DNA of 64,000 nt from an uncultured candidatus Porisulfidus sp. (GTDB lineage: Bacteria > Pseudomonadota > Gammaproteobacteria > Poriferisulfidales > Oxydemutatoraceae), in contig OZ244052.1 in NCBI GenBank assembly GCA_965215125.1, forward strand, positions 1,664,001 to 1,728,000, given 5' to 3'. Made by a program: the position numbers and the translations under genes. Below, piece by piece: positions 48,739 to 59,842 of the stretch. Within the stretch, counting starts at the first letter, position 1, and each line of letters starts with the position of its first letter. Under the pieces are notes generated by a model. It had not been told where the DNA came from. It saw only the letters and a program-made list of their open reading frames with translations, and made no database searches.

Positions 48739-51700
48739 ATGCTTTTAGTCCATAATTATGAACCGCAATCATACGAACAACAACGTCTATTGAAACAACT
48801 GCGGTCTATAGACCGCAACATCATCGGTATAGAAGTTGCCGAACTTTATTTTCTGCTAAGCAAAGACAATACCGGCAAAGCGTCGGAAGAACAAAGCGAA
48901 ACTATAGATATAGCGAAGGTATACAGTTTGTTGGATATTCAAGATACACACGGTGGGCAAGGGTGGCCGTGGCCGTCCGAGATAGATAATTTGCTTTATG
49001 TTGTTCCGAGACAAGGAACGATTTCGTCTTGGTCCAGCAAAGCGACCGATATTTTCAATATATGCAATATGGATTTGGTCGCTCGGATAGAGCGCGGTTT
49101 TTGTTATCGTTTGCGGTTGGATGCACGGAAATTCACATATAGCGATGCGATAAAAGCGCAGTTGCACGACCGTATGGTGGAGACGGTTTATTCCACTCGT
49201 AAAGAGATAGACGCTTGGTTGACCGCCGCACGATTACACGGGAATACGCTTCAAAACAAAAAGGTCGATAACCGGATAGCGGCTATTAGGCATCGTCAAA
49301 CACCGGTCTCGGCACAGCGTATATCGACTTTCGTGAACGACAACGGGAGCGGTTTAGGTTTATCGGAAGCGGAACTATCCCGATTTGCAAAATACTATAT
49401 CGAGGTTGAGCGCATGCCTACCGACACCGAGTTAATGATGTACGCGCAAGTCAATTCGGAACATTGTAGACACAAGCTATTCAATGCACATTGGCTACTG
49501 GATTCAAAACTTCAAGAGCAAACACTGTTCGAGATGATAAAGAGTACTCGCCACGCGCTCGATAATGTTGTATCGGCTTACGAAGACAACGCTTCGGTCA
49601 TTCGGCACGGCGCGAGTATCAATCGTTTGCAAATAGATCCGTCTTATGGGCACTATGTCTACGGCAACGAGGAACGGTTTTATTCGATCAAAGTGGAGAC
49701 GCATAATCACCCGACGGCGATCTCTCCGTTTCCGGGTGCGGCAACCGGGTCGGGTGGTGAGATCAGGGATGAGAGTGCAACCGGACAAGGTGGATGTCCG
49801 CGCATGGGTTTGGTCGGTTTTAGCTTGTCAGACCTCCATATTCCCGATTTTGAACAACCTTGGGAAGATGCACCGGTATATCCCGCACACATTGCGTCAC
49901 CGTTGCAAATAATTAGCGAAGGTCCGCTCGGTGCCGCCCGTTTCAACAACGAGTTCGGTCGTCCTTGCGTGTGTGGCTATTTTAGAACTTACGAGGGACA
50001 AGCCGAGACCTACAGATGGGGATATCACAAGCCGATCATGATTGCCGGCGGCCTAGGGAGTATTTGCAAGGAGCATATCGCCAAGCAACATTTCGATGCC
50101 GATACACCCTTGGTTGTTTTCGGTGGTCCGGCGATGCGTATCGGCTTGGGCGGCGGGTCGGCATCTTCGGTCGGTGGCGGTAGTGCTTCGCACGAATTGG
50201 ATTTTGCATCGGTACAACGCGATAACGCCGAGATGCAGCGTCGTTGTCAAGGTGTGATAGAACGGTGTACGGAAGAGTTGCATAATCCGATACGCGCGAT
50301 ACACGATGTGGGTGCAGGTGGGCTTGCCAATGCACTACCCGAGTTGGTGCACGGTGCGGGGAGAGGGGCGCATATAGACTTGCGTGCGATTCCGTGTGCC
50401 GACGACACCTTGTCGCCGATGGAGATTTGGTGTAACGAATCGCAGGAACGATATGTTGCGGCAATAGATAAGCATCTGTTGGATAGGTTCAAGACCTTTT
50501 GTGCGCGTGAGCGATGCCCTATGGCGGTAGTCGGACGAGCAGTGCCGGAGCAGACTCTGATATTGGAGGATCGCCTTTATCCCGAAGGTACCCCGCAGCG
50601 TATGCCGGTGGATATACCGATGGCGGTGTTGTTTGAAAAACCGTCCGACGATCAACGTCCGCTAAAGCGAATAACACGCACGCCCACGGTTCTCTGTCAA
50701 TGGCAAGATATAGACCTCGACGATGCGGTTGAACGAGTACTCAAGATGCCTGCCGTTGCCGCGAAGTCTTTTTTGATTACTATCGGCGATCGCAGCGTAA
50801 CCGGTTTGATACATCGCGACCAGATGGTAGGGCCGTGGCAAGTACCGGTTTCCGATGTTGCGGTATCGTTGATCGATTATACCGGGAATGGCGGTGAGGC
50901 GATGGCGATGGGAGAACGCACGCCCGTTGCGGTAGTCGACGCAGCGGCATCCGGACGGCTTGCGGTTGCCGAGGCGATATTGAATATATCGGCTGCCGAC
51001 ATACGCGAATTAAATCATATCTGCTTTTCGGCAAATTGGATGGCAGCGTGCGACTCGGCACAACAAAGATTTGATCTTTACAACACGGTGAAGGCGGTGA
51101 CGGATCTGTGTAAAGCACTTGGCATCGCAATACCGGTCGGCAAGGATTCTCTATCGATGCAAACCCGTTGGCAAGACGCAGGGCAACATTACCAAGTCAA
51201 CTCGCCGGTATCGCTCATAGTCTCCGCTTTTGCACAAGTCGCATGCGTAAAAGACACTTTGACTCCGCAGCTCGATACCCGATCGTCGGGGAATCGCATT
51301 TTTCTGATCGATGTGTCGGGCGGCGATCATCGCTTGGGTGGTTCGTGTTTGATGCAAGCGTATAAACGAAAAGCGGAACCGCCCGATTTGGATAACCCGA
51401 AACGGCTGATCGATTTTTTTGAGTTTATGCGCGAATTGCGTGATGACCGTAGAGATTGTCGCATACTGGCTTACCACGACCGTTCGGATGGTGGCTTGCT
51501 GGTTGCATTGATGGAGATGGCTTTTGCGGCACATTGTGGTGTGTGTTGCGAGTTGAGCGAGCAAGACGAATTGCTACCGGCATTATTCGGCGAGGCACCC
51601 GGCGCACTGGTACAGATCCGCGAAGACGCCACCAAGCAAATGTACGAACTTATGGAACGATATAAGGATACATTGAAGGTTCGCGAAATCGCTCACATTT

Positions 51701-52731
51701 TGGAAAAGAAGAACTTTGAAGTGCACCATAAGGATCAATCGTGGGTTTGGGATTTGATGCATCTGAAACGATGGTGGAGCGAGACCGGTATGCATATACA
51801 AGCATTGCGCGACGACCGGCAATGCGCCGAAGAGGAAATGGATACTCTGTGCGATGCGCATAATCCGGGTTTGCGCGCCGAATGGGATTTTGCTCTGCCC
51901 GATGATTTGAACTATGAGCCTACGACCTCGTTTGATGCACAGAGTTTTTCTATCAAAGCCAAAAAACCCAAAGTCGCTATCCTCAGAGAGCAAGGTGTCA
52001 ACGGTCATAAGGAGATGGCGGCAGCATTCGAGCGGGCAGGTTTTGCCGCCTACGACATACATATGAACGATTTAATCAACGGCGAGGCAGACCTGAAGTG
52101 TTTTCAAGGTTTGGCTGCCTGTGGGGGTTTCTCTTACGGAGATGTGTTGGGGGCAGGTGCGGGTTGGGCACATTCTATATTGATGCACGACCGTAGCCGA
52201 GAAACCTTTGCAGAATTTTTCAACCGCACCGATACCTTTACATTCGGTGTTTGCAACGGCTGTCAAATGCTATCGCGTATCAAGGACATCATTCCCGGTG
52301 CCTCGCATTGGCCGGTATTTGTGCGCAACCGTTCAAAGCAATTTGAAGCGCGCTTGGTAAAAGTAGAGATAACACCCTCACCGTCGGTATTGTTGGCGGA
52401 GATGGTCGGTGCCCGTTTGCCGATAGTCGTTTCCCACGGAGAAGGCCGAGCACTATTCACCGCCGAACAAACACCAGGGCATGCAAGCCCGTACACATGC
52501 CTACGTTATATCGATAACTACGACCGTAGCACCGAACATTATCCTGCCAACCCCAACGGTAGTCCACAAGGCATGACAGCGTTTTGTAATACCGACGGTC
52601 GTGTAACGATTATGATGCCCCACCCCGAGCGCTTATTCAGAACCGATCAATACTCGTGGCACGCTCCCGAATGGGGATACCTTGCACCATGGTTCGGATT
52701 GTTCCATAATGCCTATAAATTTTGTAGCTGA
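48739..52731 (+). CDS. purL: Phosphoribosylformylglycinamidine synthase (large-type PurL)
   Basis: QVNSEHCRHK, KVETHNHPT, HDVGAGG, GKDSLSM, GGFSYGD, GVCNGCQ, MMPHPER. Start taken as ATG 48739, since the tracked start lies in the repeat. Confidence 0.97.
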   Translation: MLLVHNYEPQSYEQQRLLKQLRSIDRNIIGIEVAELYFLLSKDNTGKASEEQSETIDIAKVYSLLDIQDTHGGQGWPWPSEIDNLLYVVPRQGTISSWSSKATDIFNICNMDLVARIERGFCYRLRLDARKFTYSDAIKAQLHDRMVETVYSTRKEIDAWLTAARLHGNTLQNKKVDNRIAAIRHRQTPVSAQRISTFVNDNGSGLGLSEAELSRFAKYYIEVERMPTDTELMMYAQVNSEHCRHKLFNAHWLLDSKLQEQTLFEMIKSTRHALDNVVSAYEDNASVIRHGASINRLQIDPSYGHYVYGNEERFYSIKVETHNHPTAISPFPGAATGSGGEIRDESATGQGGCPRMGLVGFSLSDLHIPDFEQPWEDAPVYPAHIASPLQIISEGPLGAARFNNEFGRPCVCGYFRTYEGQAETYRWGYHKPIMIAGGLGSICKEHIAKQHFDADTPLVVFGGPAMRIGLGGGSASSVGGGSASHELDFASVQRDNAEMQRRCQGVIERCTEELHNPIRAIHDVGAGGLANALPELVHGAGRGAHIDLRAIPCADDTLSPMEIWCNESQERYVAAIDKHLLDRFKTFCARERCPMAVVGRAVPEQTLILEDRLYPEGTPQRMPVDIPMAVLFEKPSDDQRPLKRITRTPTVLCQWQDIDLDDAVERVLKMPAVAAKSFLITIGDRSVTGLIHRDQMVGPWQVPVSDVAVSLIDYTGNGGEAMAMGERTPVAVVDAAASGRLAVAEAILNISAADIRELNHICFSANWMAACDSAQQRFDLYNTVKAVTDLCKALGIAIPVGKDSLSMQTRWQDAGQHYQVNSPVSLIVSAFAQVACVKDTLTPQLDTRSSGNRIFLIDVSGGDHRLGGSCLMQAYKRKAEPPDLDNPKRLIDFFEFMRELRDDRRDCRILAYHDRSDGGLLVALMEMAFAAHCGVCCELSEQDELLPALFGEAPGALVQIREDATKQMYELMERYKDTLKVREIAHILEKKNFEVHHKDQSWVWDLMHLKRWWSETGMHIQALRDDRQCAEEEMDTLCDAHNPGLRAEWDFALPDDLNYEPTTSFDAQSFSIKAKKPKVAILREQGVNGHKEMAAAFERAGFAAYDIHMNDLINGEADLKCFQGLAACGGFSYGDVLGAGAGWAHSILMHDRSRETFAEFFNRTDTFTFGVCNGCQMLSRIKDIIPGASHWPVFVRNRSKQFEARLVKVEITPSPSVLLAEMVGARLPIVVSHGEGRALFTAEQTPGHASPYTCLRYIDNYDRSTEHYPANPNGSPQGMTAFCNTDGRVTIMMPHPERLFRTDQYSWHAPEWGYLAPWFGLFHNAYKFCS

Positions 52732-52743
52732 TTAACCATAACC

Positions 52744-53814
52744 ATGTCTTGTCCCATATACATTATCAATCTTAAGCGTAATCCGGAGCGGCGGCTTTAT
52801 ATGCAAAGACAGCTGGATGCCTTCGGCTTGGATTACAGTTTTGTAGAGGTGGATGTTTTTGATAAATACGAATTGGAATCGAAGGCATACCGCATCCGTG
52901 TTGCTCGCATGTTGGGAATTGACGAGCAGGCCTTGGAACACAAATATGCCACGGTGATAGATTATGTGAAAAATCATCATAAAAATAAATATCATGAATT
53001 AGCGTTACTTGCTATCGGGTTGAGTCATATAAAAGTCTACAACTTGATGATAGCGAATAATCATGCGATGGCGTGTATATTAGAAGATGATGCTAGATTA
53101 TTGCCGACTTTCCCCGAGGTGCTTAAAATCGCTCCTGATTTAGAGTGGGATATATTACAGTTTTGTCACCAGCCTTATTTCTTTCTCTTTGTTCCATTTT
53201 TTATGCATCATTTTTCTAGGATAGGTTTCCTCAAATTTCCTAATCTTCGGTTATTATTTCCTGAGAATTATAATCAGATAGATAAACGGATAATAAGAGA
53301 ATATGGTTTTGATAATCGGAGATACTCAAAGCCGGCGACTTATATAACACGAACCATGCGACTACATCGTAATAAACACAAAAGCATCATAAAATCTCTA
53401 ATTACCGGCGCAATTAGGAAATTCTTGGTTCCTAAAAGTCATTTACCACGTATAAATAACATCAGGAATACTATAGAATTGTTGCAGTTCAATACTACAA
53501 TTGAGCTAGGTATGTTTCCCGAGGAACGCACTCCAACCCTTATAACCGAACATCATTGTATTGCTAAGCCTAGAGGAAAGATTTCGTCGACTACGGCGTA
53601 TTTAGTAAGACAATCGGCTATAGCTAAATGGAAACAAGCATTACTCTCCGATAATTTTCTAAGTATAGATCAGATTCAATGGAGGTTATACAAGAATAGG
53701 CAGGTAAAGCTACGCATAATTAGCCCGCCTTGTGCGACGGCTACTTATGGTTACCTAAAATATACAATGCGTCTCTCGGACTCTCACTTTGATATAAATA
53801 AAACAAATTTTTAG
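52744..53814 (+). CDS. Glycosyltransferase family 25 protein
   Basis: PIYIINLKRNPERR, LSHIKVY, CILEDD; AT-rich; paralog of 59843. Confidence 0.85.
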   Translation: MSCPIYIINLKRNPERRLYMQRQLDAFGLDYSFVEVDVFDKYELESKAYRIRVARMLGIDEQALEHKYATVIDYVKNHHKNKYHELALLAIGLSHIKVYNLMIANNHAMACILEDDARLLPTFPEVLKIAPDLEWDILQFCHQPYFFLFVPFFMHHFSRIGFLKFPNLRLLFPENYNQIDKRIIREYGFDNRRYSKPATYITRTMRLHRNKHKSIIKSLITGAIRKFLVPKSHLPRINNIRNTIELLQFNTTIELGMFPEERTPTLITEHHCIAKPRGKISSTTAYLVRQSAIAKWKQALLSDNFLSIDQIQWRLYKNRQVKLRIISPPCATATYGYLKYTMRLSDSHFDINKTNF

Positions 53815-53853
53815 GTTTAACCTATGAATGGTTTATAGCTATTTTATGATATA

Positions 53854-54405
53854 TCATTTCCATTTGATGGAGCAGCCGATACCGGGAATTTGGTGTTCGG
53901 GACCGTGCCCGGTTTCGGCAATCAAAATCATTGCTTCCAGTAGTTCCTGCTTTAAGTCGTCGCTGCTCTGTGAGGGACCGCTTGCATCGAGCCGCCCTCT
54001 ATATTGAAGTTCAAAATCTTTGTTATAACCGAAGAAATCGGGTGTGCAAACTGCCCCGTAGGTCTTAGCGACCGCTTGGCTTTGGTCGTACAAATAAGGG
54101 AAAGGATAGGCAAATTTTTGGGCTATTTTTTTCATATTGTCAAATGAGTCTTCGCTGTATTCGGCGGGGTCGTTGGACATAACCGCAACCGAATTGATAC
54201 CGTGATCAAGCAACTGTTTAGTTTGGAGGCTTAGTTTTTTCTGGATCGCTTTTACATAGGGGCAGTGATTGCATATAAACATGACCAGCAAGCCGTTTAC
54301 TCCCATGCAGTCGCGTGCATTGTATGTTTTCCCGTCGGTTGCCGGCAAGCTGAAATCGTGCATCGCTTCTCCGAAATTGCAAACCGGTGTTGTTTTTGCT
54401 ACCAT
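53854..54405 (-). CDS. Thioredoxin-family (AhpC/TSA-like) redoxin
   Basis: FICNHCPYV, YGAVCTPDFF, YRGRLD, GCSIKWK. Confidence 0.93.
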   Translation of the reverse strand: MVAKTTPVCNFGEAMHDFSLPATDGKTYNARDCMGVNGLLVMFICNHCPYVKAIQKKLSLQTKQLLDHGINSVAVMSNDPAEYSEDSFDNMKKIAQKFAYPFPYLYDQSQAVAKTYGAVCTPDFFGYNKDFELQYRGRLDASGPSQSSDDLKQELLEAMILIAETGHGPEHQIPGIGCSIKWK

Positions 54406-54498
54406 AGCTGTTTATCTACTGAATGTGCTTGAGTATATTACCCGATTTTTTCGCATTATCAAATCTTAAATAGACAAATTTCGCAAAACGAGAGCTTA

Positions 54499-55632
54499 AT
54501 GACACGATTTTTTACTTCCGAGTCGGTTTCCGAAGGTCACCCTGACAAGATCTGCGATCAGATATCCGACGGTATTTTGGATGCTTTGATAGCCGAAGAT
54601 CCCAATAGTCGCGTCGCGTGCGAGGCGATGGTCAAGAATAACCATGTTGTTGTGGGAGGTGAGATTTCCAGCAGTGCCGATATTTGTTATGAAAGAAATA
54701 TTCGTAGCATTATTGCCGAAATAGGCTATGACGATCCCGGCTTGGGTTTTGATGCCGAACACTGTAATATATCAATTTTACTGGGTTTGCAGTCGTCCGA
54801 TATCAGTCAAGGCGTAGATCGAGACGAATCGCAGGGTGCCGGAGATCAAGGTTCGATGTTCGGTTATGCCAGCAACGAGACCGACGAATTAATGCCCGCT
54901 CCGATTACTTATGCGCATCGCTTGCTCAAGCGACATTCCGAATTGAGACGTGCAAAGACATTACCGTGGCTGCGTCCCGACGCTAAAAGCCAACTCAGCT
55001 TTCGCTACGAGGATGACAAACCGGTCGGCATATCGGCAATTGTTTTTTCTACCCAGCACGATGAATCGGTGTCGCTTGTCGAGATTGAAGAAGCGGTGAG
55101 AGAGCAGATTATCAAAGCGGTATTACCGCAAGAATGGTTGTCCGCAGACACCCGTTACCATATCAACCCGACCGGACGTTTCGTGGTCGGTGGACCGGTC
55201 GGTGATTGCGGTCTGACCGGGCGTAAGATTATCGTCGATACCTACGGTGGCATGGCACGACACGGCGGCGGTGCTTTCTCGGGTAAGGATCCGTCCAAGG
55301 TAGATCGCTCGGCAGCCTATGCCGCGCGTTATGTTGCCAAAAATATCGCCGCAGCAGGTCTAGCCGAACGTTGCGAGGTTCAGTTGTCTTATGCGATCGG
55401 TGTTGCCGAACCGGTTTCAATCTCGGTGGATACCTTTGCAACCGGTAATTTACCGGATTCAGAGATCGTGTCGTTGGTGAAAACGCATTTTGATTTGCGG
55501 CCTGCGGCAATCATCGAGGATTTGGATTTGTTAAACCCGATATATAAGCAAACCGCAGCATACGGACATTTCGGCAGAGACGATATACATCTGCCGTGGG
55601 AAAGCTGCGATAAGGTAGAATTGTTAAAATAG
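54499..55632 (+). CDS. metK: S-adenosylmethionine synthetase
   Basis: [46 protein letters not shown]. Confidence 0.99.
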   Translation: MTRFFTSESVSEGHPDKICDQISDGILDALIAEDPNSRVACEAMVKNNHVVVGGEISSSADICYERNIRSIIAEIGYDDPGLGFDAEHCNISILLGLQSSDISQGVDRDESQGAGDQGSMFGYASNETDELMPAPITYAHRLLKRHSELRRAKTLPWLRPDAKSQLSFRYEDDKPVGISAIVFSTQHDESVSLVEIEEAVREQIIKAVLPQEWLSADTRYHINPTGRFVVGGPVGDCGLTGRKIIVDTYGGMARHGGGAFSGKDPSKVDRSAAYAARYVAKNIAAAGLAERCEVQLSYAIGVAEPVSISVDTFATGNLPDSEIVSLVKTHFDLRPAAIIEDLDLLNPIYKQTAAYGHFGRDDIHLPWESCDKVELLK

Positions 55633-55659
55633 ACACAACTAATAAAGGGAGATTTACGA

Positions 55660-56970
55660 ATGAGTGTTACAGCGAGAGAATTGGAACAAGATTATAGAGT
55701 TGCCGACTTAAGCCTGGCCGAATGGGGGGCTAAAGAGATCGCGATCGCCGAGACCGAAATGCCGGGTTTGATGGCGTTGCGAGAACAATACGCCGGGCAA
55801 CAGCCGCTTGCCGGGGCGCGTATTGCCGGTTGCTTGCACATGACCGTGCAGACCGCAGTGTTGATACAGACTCTGGTTGCATTAGGCGCGTCGCTTAGAT
55901 GGGCTTCGTGCAATATCTTTTCTACCCAAGACCACGCCGCTGCGGCGATGGCGGCAGCCGGTATCCCGGTCTTTGCATGGAAGGGCGAGAGTGAATCCGA
56001 ATATTGGTGGTGTATAGAGCAGACGGTCAGAGGCAAAGACGGTTGGACACCCAATTTATTGCTCGACGACGGTGGCGATTTAACCAAAATGATGCACGAT
56101 GAGTTTCCCGAGTTGCTCAAGGAAGTGAAAGGGGTTTCGGAGGAGACCACCACCGGTGTCAGACGGCTATACGATATGCACGAGAAAGGGGAATTAGGGA
56201 CAGTTGCGTTTAATGTCAACGACTCGGTCACCAAATCAAAGTTTGATAATATCTACGGTTGCCGAGAATCGTTGATAGACGGGATTAAGCGCGCCACCGA
56301 TGTGATGATTTCCGGAAAAGTTGCGGTAGTTTGCGGCTACGGTGATGTCGGCAAAGGATGTGCGCAATCGCTACGCAGTCAAAGTTGCAGAGTGTGGGTG
56401 ACCGAAATAGACCCGATCTGCGCACTGCAGGCGGCGATGGAAGGGTATCGGGTTGTGACGATGGAAGAGGCTGCACCCCAAGCAGATATATTCATTACCG
56501 CAACCGGCAACTATCGTGTAATCAATCACGATCACATCTCGGCAATGAGAGATCAAGCGATTGTCTGTAATATCGGCCATTTTGACGATGAGATAGATGT
56601 GGCAAGCCTAAAAGATTATCGGTGGATCAATATCAAACCGCAGGTTGATCAAATTGAATTACCCAATGGCAGACGCATTATTCTATTGGCGGAGGGACGG
56701 TTGGTTAATTTAGGGTGTGCGACCGGGCATCCGAGTTTTGTTATGTCCAATTCATTCACCAATCAGATACTCGCACAAATAGAACTTTGGCAGCATAGCG
56801 AACGCTATAGCGTCGGCGTACATACGCTACCTAAAGTGCTTGACGAAGAAGTTGCGCGATTGCATTTGGCTAAAGTAGGTGCGCAATTAACGAGATTGAA
56901 TCCCGAACAGGCGGAATATATCGGAGTACCTGTGGAAGGACCTTACAAACCCGAGTATTACCGTTACTAA
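55660..56970 (+). CDS. ahcY: Adenosylhomocysteinase
   Basis: [43 protein letters not shown]. Confidence 0.99.
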   Translation: MSVTARELEQDYRVADLSLAEWGAKEIAIAETEMPGLMALREQYAGQQPLAGARIAGCLHMTVQTAVLIQTLVALGASLRWASCNIFSTQDHAAAAMAAAGIPVFAWKGESESEYWWCIEQTVRGKDGWTPNLLLDDGGDLTKMMHDEFPELLKEVKGVSEETTTGVRRLYDMHEKGELGTVAFNVNDSVTKSKFDNIYGCRESLIDGIKRATDVMISGKVAVVCGYGDVGKGCAQSLRSQSCRVWVTEIDPICALQAAMEGYRVVTMEEAAPQADIFITATGNYRVINHDHISAMRDQAIVCNIGHFDDEIDVASLKDYRWINIKPQVDQIELPNGRRIILLAEGRLVNLGCATGHPSFVMSNSFTNQILAQIELWQHSERYSVGVHTLPKVLDEEVARLHLAKVGAQLTRLNPEQAEYIGVPVEGPYKPEYYRY

Positions 56971-56988
56971 AAATATCGTCGGACACCG

Positions 56989-57726
56989 ATGAGAGTGTCT
57001 AGAGTCTATTACCCGATAGAGATGAAGCCTCAACAGAGGTTTGAGGTTGACGGTAAGGTACACCACTATCTAAACCGAGTGTTACGCCTTAATACAGGGG
57101 CGGCGGTGCGTTTTTTTAACGACAAAGGACACGAATTTCTATGCACACTGACGGACAAGAATAGGCAAAGGAGTACGTTTATATGTGAAAGCGAAGTTGA
57201 AGTACTCCCGGAAATTGAGCCTAAAGTTAAGCTCTATCTGGCAGTTTGTAAAAACGATAGCATGGATTTTTCGGTACGGAAAGCAACCGAGTTGGGTGTG
57301 CAGGAATTACAACCGCTGATTAGCGAGCGTAGTTTGTCGCAAAGTGCTGCCGATAGGCGACGGTTGCACTGGCAAGGTGTTGCAGAAAGTGCCTGCGAGC
57401 AATGTGGCAGAGCGATTGTTCCTCGAATAGCAGACCCTATCGCATTACAACAAATCATGAAAATTGGAGGAGACGATAAGGCAATCATCTGTTGTCTCGA
57501 TACCCCAATCTCGATCAAAGACCGAGCCGACAAGATTTTGGCACAGTTATTTGAGCGCAAAGCCATGCTCCATTTGATGATCGGCCCGGAGGGCGATTTT
57601 AGTGCCGATGAAATTGCCCATGCGATATCATTGGGTTTTGAACCTGCCGGTTTAGGGGATTATGTGCTTCGCAGCGACACTGCCGTTGTTGCCGCACTAA
57701 GCGTTATACGCTTTTTGCGTACGTGA
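56989..57726 (+). CDS. rsmE: 16S rRNA m3U1498 methyltransferase
   Basis: HYLNRVLRL, KATELGV, ACEQCGR, IGPEGDF, LRSDTA. Confidence 0.95.
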   Translation: MRVSRVYYPIEMKPQQRFEVDGKVHHYLNRVLRLNTGAAVRFFNDKGHEFLCTLTDKNRQRSTFICESEVEVLPEIEPKVKLYLAVCKNDSMDFSVRKATELGVQELQPLISERSLSQSAADRRRLHWQGVAESACEQCGRAIVPRIADPIALQQIMKIGGDDKAIICCLDTPISIKDRADKILAQLFERKAMLHLMIGPEGDFSADEIAHAISLGFEPAGLGDYVLRSDTAVVAALSVIRFLRT

Positions 57727-57732
57727 GACTCA

Positions 57733-58087
57733 GGCTGTCGAAAAAGTATTCACGAACTGTGTGGACAGTACATTCCCCTCCTCTGGAGGGGTGGCAGGCT
57801 TCGCCTGACGGGGTGGTTGCTAAGGGTCTGCATAACTACAGGGACGGTTCTATTTATGCAGTGCCAATACTTTTTCAACAATCCCCAACTGCCTGAACCC
57901 CTGATTACGATTCCTATAAACCCAATGGATGAATGTCTTGTTTGTGCGGATGCGTTACGTTTTGGGCAGAACAAAGCCGCCGATTGAGCCAGTAGGTCAA
58001 TCGGCAATTTAATTTAAGTCCGCCCCTACATATTGTATCGAACATCGTCGTGGTTCTGCACAATGTCACGCCGGTTGCCCTACCGGA
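57733..58087. repeat. Mosaic intergenic MITE/REP-like repeat between convergent rsmE and ispG
   Basis: ggctgtcgaaaaagta…tactttttcaacaatccc pair enclosing cattcccctcctctggagggg; GCCGATTGA…TCAATCGGC at about 57979; gtccgcccctac; ttctgcacaatgtcacgcc. Confidence 0.88.
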
Positions 58088-59321
58088 GCAAGTGGTGGTT
58101 TTCTCTGACGTATTTTTCTATGAGTGCTCTGAAGTCGGCTACCAAGTTGTCGCCGGATAGTGTCAGTTCGTGTTTGCCGTCTATATAAACGGGGGCTACC
58201 GGACGTTCGCCGCTGCCCGGTAAGCTGATGCCTATATCCGCGTGCTTGCTTTCCCCGGGTCCGTTGACTACGCATCCCATTACCGCAACGGTCATTTTTT
58301 CGGCACCGGGGTATTTTGTTTTCCAATCGGCCATTCTCTGCTCTATGTAGCTTTGTATTTCGGATGCGAGTTTCTGAAAATAATCGCTACTTGTGCGCCC
58401 ACAGCCGGGGCAGGCGATTACCGAAGGAATAAAGGCGCGTAACTTGAGAGCTTGCAGGATATCTTGTGCGATGCGCACTTCTTCGCTACGGCTGCCGCCG
58501 GGTTTCGGGGTGAGCGAAACTCGTATCGTATCGCCGATGCCCTCTTGAAGTAAGATTGCCAATGCTGCGCTGGAGTTAACCGTCCCGCGCCGTCCCATAC
58601 CGGCTTCGGTGAGGCCCAAGTGAAGCGGATAATCACACTGTTTGGCAAGCATTCGGTACACGCAAACCAAGCCTTGTAAATCACTGAGTTTACACGATAG
58701 GACGATTGCGTTGTGCGCTAAGCCTAAGTTCTCGGCTTGTTCGGCACTTTGCAATGCCGACTCGATCATCGTCTTGTAGGTGATTTCGTCCAGCGACAGC
58801 GGGTTTTTTAATTTGGCGTTATCGTCTAGTTTGTTTTTTAGCAGGTCTTGATCCAAACTTCCCCAATTTACACCGATGCGAACGGGCTTTTGATGTAGAC
58901 ACGCGTACTCTATCATTTCGGCAAACTGCGTGTCGTGTTTAGCACCGCGCCCCACATTACCTGGGTTGATGCGTAGCTTGTCCAGATGTGCAATACATTC
59001 GGGATGTTTGCGTACTAGTTTGTGACCGTTGTAATGGAAGTCGCCCACTAGCGGCACACGATTGCCCGAGGCATCCAGTTTTTCTACGATTTCGGGAATT
59101 GCGCGAGCTGCAGCCTCGTTGTTGACGGTGATACGCACCAATTCCGACCCTGCCTGTGCGAGTTCTATAATTTCGGCAGTGGTTGCTTCAATGTCGGTGG
59201 TGTCGGTGGCAGTCATCGATTGCACTACGATAGGTGCCGTGCCACCGATAGTGATATTAGCAACCTGCACCGACACGGTGCGTCGTCTATGTATTGCGGG
59301 AAGTTTTATGCTTTGTGTCAT
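58080..59321 (-). CDS. ispG: (E)-4-hydroxy-3-methylbut-2-enyl-diphosphate synthase
   Basis: [50 protein letters not shown]. Confidence 0.98.
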   Translation of the reverse strand: MTQSIKLPAIHRRRTVSVQVANITIGGTAPIVVQSMTATDTTDIEATTAEIIELAQAGSELVRITVNNEAAARAIPEIVEKLDASGNRVPLVGDFHYNGHKLVRKHPECIAHLDKLRINPGNVGRGAKHDTQFAEMIEYACLHQKPVRIGVNWGSLDQDLLKNKLDDNAKLKNPLSLDEITYKTMIESALQSAEQAENLGLAHNAIVLSCKLSDLQGLVCVYRMLAKQCDYPLHLGLTEAGMGRRGTVNSSAALAILLQEGIGDTIRVSLTPKPGGSRSEEVRIAQDILQALKLRAFIPSVIACPGCGRTSSDYFQKLASEIQSYIEQRMADWKTKYPGAEKMTVAVMGCVVNGPGESKHADIGISLPGSGERPVAPVYIDGKHELTLSGDNLVADFRALIEKYVRENHHLLR

Positions 59322-59379
59322 TTATAGCGTAACTCGTATAAAATGTATTGAATATTATACAACGACAGACAATCATAAG

Positions 59380-59787
59380 ATGGCATTTTTAGGAACAATA
59401 TCATGCGAGACCGAAGGCAAAGGGCTATATGACTTAAGTCCCGGCGTTCAGGATCTATTGCCTGCCGATGCCGAGGGCTTGTGCCATTTATTCGTTCGGC
59501 ATACCAGTGCATCGTTGGTTATCACCGAGAATGCCGATCCTACCGTTCATTCGGATTTGGAGAATTTTATGAGTAGACTGGTGGTTGATGGAGATCCTTT
59601 GTATCGGCATACTGTCGAAGGTCCCGACGATATGTCCGCGCATATACGATCGGTATTAACTAAGAGCGAATTAAACATACCGGTACAAGCGGGGCGGTTG
59701 ATGCTAGGTGTATGGCAAGGTATTTATTTGTGGGAGCATCGTAGCCACGCTAAAAAACGCTCGGTGGTTTGCACACTCATTGTTTAA
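59380..59787 (+). CDS. yjbQ: YjbQ family protein (secondary thiamine-phosphate synthase)
   Basis: HTSASL, ENADP, EGPDDMSAH, LGVWQGIYLWEHR; start ATG 59380. Confidence 0.92.
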   Translation: MAFLGTISCETEGKGLYDLSPGVQDLLPADAEGLCHLFVRHTSASLVITENADPTVHSDLENFMSRLVVDGDPLYRHTVEGPDDMSAHIRSVLTKSELNIPVQAGRLMLGVWQGIYLWEHRSHAKKRSVVCTLIV

Positions 59788-59842
59788 ATAATCATAAAGA
59801 TGCTGAAATCCCCGTAAATAATCTACTGCACCCTAATTTTTT

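Noticed and set aside
54406-55659. SAM or SAH riboswitch ahead of metK or ahcY
   Set aside because: The intergenic gaps are 93 bp (AT-rich, divergent) and 27 bp, with no recognisable aptamer.
20575-58007. Short ORFs inside the intergenic repeats (20575, 24725, 40022, 40130, 44743, 44826, 45025, 57750)
   Set aside because: They are translations of palindromic repeat modules, with no RBS, inconsistent frames between copies and no protein motifs.
8856-59379. ORF-track N-terminal extensions of efp (8856), the exonuclease (11261), the GLUG gene (15019), gatA (45501), purL (48607) and yjbQ (59062)
   Set aside because: They run through repeats or neighbouring genes; family homology or the signal peptide begins at the downstream starts used here.
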